The notes beneath the pieces are model-generated. The model did no database searches, was not told the origin of the DNA, and saw only the letters and a list, made by a program, of their open reading frames with translations. 32,000 bases of DNA from Pleomorphomonas koreensis DSM 23070 (GTDB taxonomy: Bacteria; Pseudomonadota; Alphaproteobacteria; Rhizobiales; Pleomorphomonadaceae), in the NCBI RefSeq assembly GCF_000425185.1, contig NZ_AULH01000005.1, forward strand, positions 307,477-339,476, in the 5' to 3' direction. Position 1 is the stretch's first letter. Each line of letters begins with the position of its first letter. Position numbers and translations under genes: made by a program. This document shows, piece after piece, positions 1 to 7,145 of this stretch.

Positions 1-1047
1 CGGCGTTACATCTGCCAGCGGCGAGTCCCGGAAAATCTGCCGCCAGTGATTGGGGAATCCGCCAAAGGCGTTGTCCTCGCCCTGGCCGGGGAAGACATAG
101 CTGCCCGTCGCGGTCTTGCGGCGTTCCTCTAGATACTCGACCACGGCGAGGCCGATAGGACGGATGGAGGCGCCTTCCTTACTATCCTCCAGACGCATGC
201 AGCTCGCGTCAGTGTCCGCCTCGGTCCACTTGAGACCGATCATCTCGCTTCGGCGGCAGCCGGTGAGCGCGATCTGTCGGATGATCTCGACCGTTATCCC
301 ATATTTCGGGGTTTCGGCCGCTTCGCGCAGAATCTCGCCGAGCGTGCGGTACTCCGCCTCGGTGAGACGACGGTCGCGGACATTGTCCTTGGGCTTGCGG
401 ATGCCGTGCACGGGATTGGCCGTGATGATCCCTGCCTCCATGGCGTAGGTGAAAATGCCGCCGACGAGTCCGAGCGTCCGCGTGGCCGTACCGGCGCCGC
501 CTGTCACGACGGACTTGCCGCGCAGCTTCTTGGTCTTCACCGACACTGCCGTCTTGCCCGCCATGATGTCCTTCAACACCTTGGTCATGTCGGCTTTGAC
601 GAGATCCTTTACCCGGCGCGTGCCGATCAGCGGAATGATGTGTCGATGAATGCGACCGGTATCGCTGACGATGGTCGTTGCCTTTTTCGGTCGGCCTCCC
701 TTTCCGAGAATGAGACCGGCTTCGAGGTCCTTGAGATACATCGCGCACAGTTCTTTGACGGTGATCGCCTGATGATCCAGCAGGCGTTCCTCGGAGGGGT
801 TATCACCCTGTGCGACGCGACCGAGTTGCACCTTAGCTTCCTGCCGGGCTGTCTCCGCCGTCCACACGCCATGAAGGCCGATTGTGAAGCGGCGGGTTCG
901 ACCTGCGGCGCGGTATTGGATAAGGTAGCTGCGTTTACCGGACGCGAAGATGCGAAGGCCGAAGCCGGGAAGTTCGTCGTCCCAGATGAAGTAGTCCTTC
1001 TCGCGGGCTACGGCAGCATCCACGACTCGTTTCGTGAGCTTGGCCAT
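1..1047 (-). CDS. int: Tyrosine-type site-specific integrase (P4-like, DUF4102-type N-terminus), 5' part only; C-terminus lies left of the window
   Basis: Absent from the ORF track because the frame is open to position 1. Own translation from ATG 1047: MAKLTKRVVDAAVAREKDYFIWDDELPGFGLRIFASGKRSYLIQYRAAGRTRRFTIGLHG...IALTGCRRSEMIGLKW...SYVFPG. This is the typical arm-binding N-domain plus start of the catalytic core of tRNA-targeting integrases. Confidence 0.85.
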   Translation of the reverse strand, partial: MAKLTKRVVDAAVAREKDYFIWDDELPGFGLRIFASGKRSYLIQYRAAGRTRRFTIGLHGVWTAETARQEAKVQLGRVAQGDNPSEERLLDHQAITVKELCAMYLKDLEAGLILGKGGRPKKATTIVSDTGRIHRHIIPLIGTRRVKDLVKADMTKVLKDIMAGKTAVSVKTKKLRGKSVVTGGAGTATRTLGLVGGIFTYAMEAGIITANPVHGIRKPKDNVRDRRLTEAEYRTLGEILREAAETPKYGITVEIIRQIALTGCRRSEMIGLKWTEADTDASCMRLEDSKEGASIRPIGLAVVEYLEERRKTATGSYVFPGQGEDNAFGGFPNHWRQIFRDSPLADVTP

Positions 1048-1231
1048 TACGCGATTTCCCCCTGGAGAGCGGGCTGTTTCCGCGGAAGCACCACGGAAGC
1101 AGCCGGATGAAAGTCGGAGCGAAGTGTCGGATATGGATTTCGGCGGGAAAAACCGGATTGTCCATACGTTTCAAAGCGTTGTAGTATCATGGCGTGTCCT
1201 AGCGTGCATTTCGGATAGCCAGGACAAATTG

Positions 1232-1276
1232 CTCCGAAGGCAGAGGTCACAGGTTCGAATCCTGTCGGGTGCGCCA
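1232..1276 (+). tRNA. 3' portion (anticodon loop to CCA) of a tRNA-Arg(CCG) gene; 5' half missing, so an att-type remnant rather than a functional tRNA
   Basis: Anticodon loop ctccgaa 1232-1238 (U33, CCG, A37); stem strand ggcag; variable loop aggtc; T-arm acagg/ttcgaat/cctgt 1249-1265; acceptor cgggtgc; G73; CCA 1274-1276. The complementary strands ctgcc and gcacccg are not found upstream (1150-1231). Confidence 0.75.
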
Positions 1277-2905
1277 TTTCAGAACAGAACTATGAACGCC
1301 GAACGCCGCCGGTTCTACGCTGGAAGCGGCGACCAGCGTTCGCAGCAATTCCGACTTCGATCCCATGATGCGAACCTCGTCGTCGGCGACCTCGACGCGC
1401 TGCGCCAGAGCGCGCAGATGGTCGCGTCGGTAGCCGCCATCATCGAGTCGTATCCGTTCGCGGGCTTTGCGGGCGAAGCCCTTGAGCATATCGGGGCTGA
1501 CGCCCTGATTGCCTGAACTGTCGAGCGCGAGCTGGGTGCGCTCGGCGTCGGCGGCGGCCTGATCCCGCAATGCCTTTAGGCTCACCATGCGCTCTTTCGC
1601 CATGGCGTCGTCCTTGTCCACCATGCCCGCTTCGATGGCGTCAAAGAGACGGCCGAGCCGCTGGTCGGCCTCCGTGATTCGCCGATGCAGTTCGGCAAGA
1701 TGTTCGCGGCGGCGCTCGGCGCGCTCCTGCCGCCGGTCAATGACGCTGGCGAGGACAGTTTCCAGTCGCTTGGGCTGGAGCAGCCGATCCCCGATATGAT
1801 CGGCGACAAGATGGTCCAGCTTGTCCATCGGGATCGTGCGGCCCTTGCAGCCAGTCTTGCCCTGCCGCGCCTTGGTCGAGCAGGTGTAATAGCGGTATGT
1901 CGCGCCCGTGCTGCCTTGGCCGGTGCGCAACGTCATCGCACCTCCGCACTTGGCGCAGAAGCAAATGCCGGTCAGCAGTGTGGGGCCGCTGGAGATGCGC
2001 GCAGGCGTCACCATGGGATTGCGGGATTTGAGGCGGGCTTGCACCGCATCGTAAATCTCGCGCTCGATCAGGGGCGGCACCGCCATGATGGCGACCTCGC
2101 TTTCCGGCTTCTTCTCCCGGTCCTTGTGCGAGCGCGTGTTGAACCTGTGCTCGCCGATATAGGTGGTGCGGGTCAGGATGGCGTGGATTTGCGCCAGCCC
2201 CCAGCGCCCGCCGTCGCGGGTGAAGAAACGGCGCTCGTTGAGATAGGTGGCGATGGCTTTGACGCCCATCGCGCCGGACGTGCCGTCGCCTTCAAGAAAC
2301 AGGCGATAGATCAGCCGCACGGTATCGGCGTGCAACGGATCGATCTCCAGCTTCTTCTTGATCTTCGATCCCCGCTGTTCGGCCGCAACGATGCGATAGC
2401 CGATAGGCGGCCGTGCGCCATTCCAGAAGCCTTGCCGGGCGTTCTCGTTCATGGCGCGCAGGACGTGCTTGGCGTTCTCCTTCGACTGGTATTCGTCGAA
2501 CAGCGCCATGATCTGCCGCATCATCTGGTGCATGGGATCGTCGCCCATCTCCTGCGTGATGGACACCAGCTTGACGCCGTTCTTCGCCAGTTTCCTGACG
2601 TAGAACTCCATCTCGAAGTGATCGCGGAAGAAGCGCGAGAAGCTGTGCACCACGACAATATCGAAAGGCGCGGGCTTCGAAGTGCCGGCCTCGATCATGC
2701 GCTGGAACTCGGGGCGCTTGTCGTTGGTGGCGGTTGCACCCGGCTCGACATAAGTCTCAACGAGCTGGTAGCCGCGTTGCTCGCAATAAGCTTCGCCCTG
2801 CCGCTTCTGGTCAGGGATGGAAATGTCATGCTCGGCCTGCCGGGCGGTCGAAACGCGCAGATAGAGGGCGGCGCGGGCGGTTATGGTTGGGCTGTGCATG
2901 TTCAT
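1247..2905 (-). CDS. Large serine recombinase (resolvase/invertase N-domain + recombinase domain + zinc ribbon + coiled coil)
   Basis: 552 aa. AALYLRVSTARQ catalytic-Ser motif; CAKCGG...YYTCSTKARQGKTGCKG zinc-ribbon motif; long Arg/Glu-rich coiled-coil tail. ATG 2905 overlaps the upstream stop as ATGA. The last ~10 codons are encoded by the antisense of the tRNA fragment. Confidence 0.9.
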   Translation of the reverse strand: MNMHSPTITARAALYLRVSTARQAEHDISIPDQKRQGEAYCEQRGYQLVETYVEPGATATNDKRPEFQRMIEAGTSKPAPFDIVVVHSFSRFFRDHFEMEFYVRKLAKNGVKLVSITQEMGDDPMHQMMRQIMALFDEYQSKENAKHVLRAMNENARQGFWNGARPPIGYRIVAAEQRGSKIKKKLEIDPLHADTVRLIYRLFLEGDGTSGAMGVKAIATYLNERRFFTRDGGRWGLAQIHAILTRTTYIGEHRFNTRSHKDREKKPESEVAIMAVPPLIEREIYDAVQARLKSRNPMVTPARISSGPTLLTGICFCAKCGGAMTLRTGQGSTGATYRYYTCSTKARQGKTGCKGRTIPMDKLDHLVADHIGDRLLQPKRLETVLASVIDRRQERAERRREHLAELHRRITEADQRLGRLFDAIEAGMVDKDDAMAKERMVSLKALRDQAAADAERTQLALDSSGNQGVSPDMLKGFARKARERIRLDDGGYRRDHLRALAQRVEVADDEVRIMGSKSELLRTLVAASSVEPAAFGVHSSVLKWRTRQDSNL

Positions 2906-3300
2906 GGCCGATCTCCTATGGCCTTCCTCGGCTTCGGACGGTCGATCAGGGGCAACGCCAGTTCCACGCGGTCATGCACCACCTTGGGCGCGAGCTTGCG
3001 ACCGTGGCCCGGCTCAAACCGCACAAGGCCGTAGCTCTCCATCGTTTTGAGGGTGCGTGAGAGATTGGAGCCGGCCCGGCCGGTGATTTCCGCCAGTTCC
3101 TCCAGCGACGCCGGGGCTTTCTCGGCGATGATGCGCAGCAGCTTACGGTTCCCGGCCGACAGCACCTTTGCGAAGGATTCAGTCGAAGTGAACCACACCT
3201 TCGGATCGTCGGGTGCGGGTTTTTCCTCGCCCTTGGCGATCCGCATAGTGCGGGCCTTCATCTCTTCATAGTCGGCAATCCCGACTTTCAATGTGGTCAT
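2902..3300 (-). CDS. HTH (MarR-like) DNA-binding protein, putative antitoxin partner of the DUF6516/TumE-like gene
   Basis: Internal ATG 3300 (MTTLKVGIADYEEMKARTMRIAKGE...SLEELAEITGRAGSNLSRTLKTMESYGLVRF) overlaps the upstream stop as ATGA. The longer track ORF (to 3567) is an Arg/Gly-rich extension that overlaps the upstream gene. Confidence 0.7.
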   Translation of the reverse strand: MTTLKVGIADYEEMKARTMRIAKGEEKPAPDDPKVWFTSTESFAKVLSAGNRKLLRIIAEKAPASLEELAEITGRAGSNLSRTLKTMESYGLVRFEPGHGRKLAPKVVHDRVELALPLIDRPKPRKAIGDRP

Positions 3301-3650
3301 AGGGCACCTCGCTCCTTCAACACCGCGTCCACCGCCTGCCAAAAGTCGGCCAGCAACGTGGCCGCATCCTCGTAGGCGTAGGGCTTCACGGTCTGGAGGC
3401 GATGCCGATGGTCCATCGGCTCGCCGCGTCTGCCCCGGCCGACCGGATGGGCGTTGTCGAAGCCGATCAGCCGTTCGCCCGAAGGCCCGTGAAGCGTTAG
3501 CGAGTAATCGAGACCGTGCGGCTTTTCCGGCGAGACCGGAACGCGGGTGGCGACGAACTTCACCCAATAGCCGCCCTCGGGATCGACAAAGAGCATCTGT
3601 CCGTCGAGGTCCAGAAGCGTGTCGAGGCCCGGATCACGATGCCCACTCAA
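3297..3650 (-). CDS. DUF6516 / TumE-like putative toxin
   Basis: 117 aa: ...GGYWVKFVATRVPVSPEKPHGLDYSLTLHGPSGERLIGFDNAHPV...DHRH... This resembles the TumE-family pattern as I remember it. The track start is TTG at 3650 (TTGA overlap with the upstream stop). Confidence 0.6.
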   Translation of the reverse strand: MSGHRDPGLDTLLDLDGQMLFVDPEGGYWVKFVATRVPVSPEKPHGLDYSLTLHGPSGERLIGFDNAHPVGRGRRGEPMDHRHRLQTVKPYAYEDAATLLADFWQAVDAVLKERGAL

Positions 3651-3963
3651 GTCTTTTTCCTATCAGTTTGTGATAGGAATTGCAAGCCATCATCCGGCTT
3701 TCTCGGGTTCAGAAGGTCATCGAACACATCGCCAAACCAACGCTCGAACACGTCGATCTCGGCCTCGGTGACGGGAATATCCTCTAGCCAGTCGTCGGTG
3801 ACGCGCATGATCTGCCCATCCGGACCGAGAAGCGGCGCGTCGCCGGCTCGCGCCCGGTCGTCCGGCGCTGGACCGTCCGCATAGTCGAACAGATCGTCGG
3901 GAAGTGGCTCGGGGATCGACTGTCGCGGTCGCCCTTTGCGGGCGCGACGGCGCTCTGGGCACA
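3647..3963 (-). CDS. Small acidic hypothetical protein, first gene of the recombinase operon
   Basis: ATG 3963 preceded by AGGAGG (3969-3974 on the minus strand). MCPERRRARKGRPRQSIPEPLPDDLFDYADGPAPDD...DDWLEDIPVTEAEIDVFERWFGDVFDDLL. The track ORF upstream of this ATG reads through the conserved non-coding element. Confidence 0.55.
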
Positions 3964-4016
3964 TGGAGTCCTCCTTGGTTCCGGTGGATTCCGGGGCGCT
4001 CAAGGCCCCGGAATTA

Positions 4017-4084
4017 AGCGAACCATGGAGGGCAGTCGGCGGCCTGTAGCGTGCCGCATTTGCGGTGATGCGCTGGCGGCACCC
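4017..4084 (-). promoter_or_regulatory. Conserved ~68-bp element, copy A (second copy at 25074-25141), upstream of the recombinase operon
   Basis: The 50-nt cores 4035-4084 and 25092-25141 match at 45/50, and both are preceded by a shared gcgaaccatgg. The element contains the inverted repeat gtgccgc...gcggcac. Both copies lie 54-58 nt upstream of the first ATG of a minus-strand operon. Confidence 0.6.
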
Positions 4085-4100
4085 CTGCCGCCAAGCGATC

Positions 4101-4322
4101 CTAGCGTGCGGCTCGCCGTGCCTTGGCGAAACCGCGATCCGTGGCGATGAAGCGTTGAACCATCGGCACGATGAGCTTGACGGGATCGGCGGCGGGCTGG
4201 CCGCTCTCGCGGGCCAGCACTTCGGCATAGGCGGCCAGATCGCGGTGAAGCGGCGCGGGCAACTCCACCGTGACTTTCACGGGCTTGTCGTCGGGGAGCG
4301 GGCCGAGTTTCAACTTTGCCAT
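4101..4322 (-). CDS. DUF2274 family protein (typical last gene of Trb clusters)
   Basis: MAKLKLGPLPDDKPVKVTVELPAPLHRDLAAYAEVLARE... ATG 4322 is preceded by AGGAGG; the track start at 4328 is TTG. Lies directly downstream of trbI. Confidence 0.8.
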   Translation of the reverse strand: MAKLKLGPLPDDKPVKVTVELPAPLHRDLAAYAEVLARESGQPAADPVKLIVPMVQRFIATDRGFAKARRAAR

Positions 4323-4324
4323 GG

Positions 4325-5461
4325 TCAACCTCCTGCCAGCTCGAACACAAGGTCGCGGGTGACGATGATCCTGACCGGGAAGCCGGGCCGAATGGTGAGC
4401 GTGGGTGCTACCTGCAACTGGCGCTGGACGATCTGCTGGCCTGCCTGATTGACGGTATCCTGCGCCCCGTCGCGGATGGCGCGGATCAAGCGGTCTTCGT
4501 CATCGGTCGCCAGTTCCGCGCCAATGCCGAGCAGCGTGGACAGGCCTGCGGCCTTCATCAGATCCCACCAATGATAATCAACGCCATCCTCAAGCCCGCC
4601 ATAGCCGCTGGCATCCGCGCCCGGCAGGCGTTCAAGGACAATGGATCGGCCGCCCGGCAGGATCAGTCGGTTCCACACCAACAACACGCGGCGCTGGCCG
4701 AAGGTCACGCCGTCATCATATTGGCCGATGATGCGCGTTCCCTGCGGGATCAGGAGCAGCGAGCCGGTCGGGCTGTCATAGACGTTCTCGGTCACTTGGG
4801 CTGTGATCTGGCCCGGAAGGTCGGAACGGATGCCGGTGATGAGCGCGGCCGGGATCACGGCCCCGGCTTGAAGGATATAGGGCGATGCCGGCGGCGCGAC
4901 ACGATCCGGCGAAACCGTCTGCCGGTCCACGGGTCCATTGAGGAACGCCGCGTGCCGATCCTGCGTCGCGGGCTGTCCGCCGAGGCCAAGACCGGCAAGG
5001 CCGGGCATGGCCGTCCCTGCCGGCGCTCCCGTGCGCGGGCCGGACTGGAAGAACACGTTGCTCAAGCGCGCGGCTTCTTCCTCGGCCCTACGGCGTTCCT
5101 CGGCAGGATCGACGGCAGGCGTCGCCATGGCCGGCGTGGCGACGGGCTGGCCCCGGTTCTGCGCATCAAGGATGGGGCGGCCGAGGTCGCCCGGCAGCGC
5201 GGGGCCGAGCACTGGCCCGGTATAGTCGCGCGGCAAACTGGCAAGGCCGTCCGCCGTGGGCCGGTTCTCGGTCGAATAGAGTTCTTCGCCTCCCGGCCCT
5301 GCATCGCGGGTCTGGAGCGCGTAGATCAGTGCGCCGCATATGCCGAGAAGCGCGACCGCGCCGACGCCTGCCAGCATCTTGCGCGACAGGCGGGTGACGC
5401 GCGGCGGTTCGGCACGCAGCCGCGTGGGCGCGGCGGTGTCGGTGATGGTGTTGTCTGTCAT
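4325..5461 (-). CDS. trbI: P-type conjugative transfer protein TrbI (VirB10-like)
   Basis: 378 aa with an N-terminal TM segment, a Pro-rich linker and a conserved C-terminal domain. ATGA overlap with the trbG stop. Synteny in the trb cluster. Confidence 0.9.
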   Translation of the reverse strand: MTDNTITDTAAPTRLRAEPPRVTRLSRKMLAGVGAVALLGICGALIYALQTRDAGPGGEELYSTENRPTADGLASLPRDYTGPVLGPALPGDLGRPILDAQNRGQPVATPAMATPAVDPAEERRRAEEEAARLSNVFFQSGPRTGAPAGTAMPGLAGLGLGGQPATQDRHAAFLNGPVDRQTVSPDRVAPPASPYILQAGAVIPAALITGIRSDLPGQITAQVTENVYDSPTGSLLLIPQGTRIIGQYDDGVTFGQRRVLLVWNRLILPGGRSIVLERLPGADASGYGGLEDGVDYHWWDLMKAAGLSTLLGIGAELATDDEDRLIRAIRDGAQDTVNQAGQQIVQRQLQVAPTLTIRPGFPVRIIVTRDLVFELAGG

Positions 5462-6459
5462 GACGGGGAATCTCCGGTCGCGCTGGCGGGCTGTGCGGCG
5501 GCGGCCTGCGTCGGGTTGATGCGAACGATCCTGACGACCTGCTGGCGGTTGCCGCTGCCAAGGCGCAGCTCGGCCGCGCCGAACAGGCGGTCCACGATCA
5601 GGACGTTCTGGTGGACCCGGCTGTTGACGATCTGCGGTTCGCCATTCGTGCCGAGCACGAAAATCGGCGGCATTTCGCCCTGCACGATCCCGGCCGGGAA
5701 GACGACATAGACGCGCCGGCCGTCATCGAAGACGGAAACCGGCCGCCATGGCGGGCTATCGCCCTGCACCTGCAATGCGTAGCGGTAGTTCCTCGCGGCT
5801 TCGGCCGGAATGATCGGTGCTGTCGGAACGGTCTGGCGCTGGCCTGCCGGCGGGGCGGGATAAGCCCATGCCACGGCCGGCATGTAGAGCGATTCCCGCG
5901 CGCGCAGCTCGATCATGTAGGTGCGCCGGTCGGTGGTGACGACAAGGTTGGTGGAAATGTCCGGTCGTGTCGGCTTCACAAGGATATGGACACGGCGATT
6001 TGCACCGCTACCGCTCTCGGTGTCGCCGATGATCCAGCGGGCGGTGTCGCCCGCCGCAATCGGCCCCGCGCCTGTCAGGCTTTCGCCCGGCTCCAGCGCG
6101 ATCGTCGTGATCTGCCCAACTGCGGCATAGACCTGATAGAGCGCACCTTCCGACCATGGATATATCTGGATGGCGTTGTAGTAACCTTCGCGGCGCGGTT
6201 CGACGCGAGCGGCTGCATTGGCGTTCTCGACGCGGCCGGTCGGCGTGCCGGCAGCCGTGCCGCCGCGTGCGACGGTCCATGCCGGGGGCACATGCAACTG
6301 CCGGGGAGTGTTGTCGGCTGCTGCCGCCTGCAAGGTCGGCAGCGGCGGCACGCTATCGTCATAGCTGAATTGCGGCGTCCGGTTGGTGGCGCAGCCTGCG
6401 AGCATGGTGGCCGAAAGCAGCACGGCCGCGATTGTCGGAGTGCGGGTGATCGTCCTCAT
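5458..6459 (-). CDS. trbG: P-type conjugative transfer protein TrbG (VirB9-like), lipoprotein-type signal
   Basis: Internal ATG 6459 (MRTITRTPTIAAVLLSATMLAGC...) overlaps the trbF stop as ATGA. The longer track N-terminus lies inside trbF. Confidence 0.9.
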   Translation of the reverse strand: MRTITRTPTIAAVLLSATMLAGCATNRTPQFSYDDSVPPLPTLQAAAADNTPRQLHVPPAWTVARGGTAAGTPTGRVENANAAARVEPRREGYYNAIQIYPWSEGALYQVYAAVGQITTIALEPGESLTGAGPIAAGDTARWIIGDTESGSGANRRVHILVKPTRPDISTNLVVTTDRRTYMIELRARESLYMPAVAWAYPAPPAGQRQTVPTAPIIPAEAARNYRYALQVQGDSPPWRPVSVFDDGRRVYVVFPAGIVQGEMPPIFVLGTNGEPQIVNSRVHQNVLIVDRLFGAAELRLGSGNRQQVVRIVRINPTQAAAAQPASATGDSPS

Positions 6460-7145
6460 TGGCTCATCTCCCGCGACCACGAAATTGCATTGACGTAGAT
6501 TCCTAACGGGTTGGCGCGCAGACGCTCGGCGTCGCGCGGCGGCTGGATGACGATGGTGAGGATGGCCGTCCATCGCTCCGTGCTGGAAAGCTGGCCGTTC
6601 TCGAAATGGCGTTCGGTCCACGCGACGCGGAAGCTGTTGGGGGACGCCCGGATGACGCTAGACACCTCGACGGCGACTTGCTGGCGGCCGACCTTGGCAA
6701 AAGGATCATTGGCGCGGGCGTAGTCGTTGAGCGCCGCCGCGCCGCGATCCGTGGTCCATTCATAGGCGCGAAGCCAGTTCTGGCGGACAATGATCGCGTC
6801 GGCCGGGATCGCGCGCACCTGCTCGATGAACCGGCCGAGATGGAAAGCAATCTGCGGGTCGGTCGGGCGATAATCGGCGTTGGCAGGCGCGACGGTCTGC
6901 GCCTGCCCGAGATTATCGACCTGCACCACCCACGGCACCACGGTCCCGCGTGCGGACTGCCACACCAGCGCCGAGGCGAAGCCCGCCGAAAGGATCAGGG
7001 AGCCGAAGGCCATGAGCCTCCAGTTCATCGCCTGCACGCGGGCCGAGCCGATGCGCTCGTCCCAAGCCTGCGCGGCCTTCTGATAAGGCGTCTCGGGTTC
7101 GGGTGATTTGCCGTAGTGGGTGGCTGGTCGTTTGAAGATGCTCAT
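6456..7145 (-). CDS. trbF: Conjugal transfer protein TrbF (VirB8-like)
   Basis: 229 aa with a single TM segment (MAFGSLILSAGFASALVW). ATGA overlap with the trbL stop. Synteny. Confidence 0.9.
   Translation of the reverse strand: MSIFKRPATHYGKSPEPETPYQKAAQAWDERIGSARVQAMNWRLMAFGSLILSAGFASALVWQSARGTVVPWVVQVDNLGQAQTVAPANADYRPTDPQIAFHLGRFIEQVRAIPADAIIVRQNWLRAYEWTTDRGAAALNDYARANDPFAKVGRQQVAVEVSSVIRASPNSFRVAWTERHFENGQLSSTERWTAILTIVIQPPRDAERLRANPLGIYVNAISWSREMSQ

Noticed and set aside
1150-1276. Possibility of a complete tRNA-Arg gene
   Set aside because: The 5' strands required to pair with the anticodon stem (ctgcc) and the acceptor stem (gcacccg) are absent upstream, and no D-arm can be drawn. 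Only the 3' 45 nt are tRNA-like.
1047-1277. 76-aa minus-strand ORF starting inside the tRNA fragment (MAHPTGFEPVTSAF...)
   Set aside because: Its start and first codons are simply the antisense of the tRNA T-arm/acceptor. The rest crosses the integrase promoter region, and there is no RBS or family resemblance.
1685-3034. 449-aa plus-strand ORF antisense to the serine recombinase. The same kind of long shadow ORF appears at 4316-5710 (+), 9506-10777 (+), 21423-22556 (+), 12890-13699 (-) and 7187-8014 (+).
   Set aside because: They lie opposite, or out of frame with, genes whose products have clear family motifs. Their translations are Arg/Ala/Gly/Pro-rich low-complexity sequence, typical of stop-poor alternative frames in ~65% GC DNA.
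4035-4084. Sigma54 (-24/-12) or clear sigma70 promoter within the conserved element
   Set aside because: GGCACG is present, but no correctly spaced TTGC follows it, and no convincing -35/-10 pair is shared by both copies. The function is left open.
5458-6621. Long N-terminal extensions of track ORFs: trbG to 6621, trbJ to 9689, trbE to 12244, trbD to 12827, traF to 23203, DUF2840 to 23712, DUF736 to 22580, HTH antitoxin to 3567, small protein to 4228
   Set aside because: The extensions overlap the preceding gene and are compositionally aberrant. In every case an internal ATG restores a canonical N-terminus (signal peptide or conserved motif), with an ATGA overlap or a good RBS.
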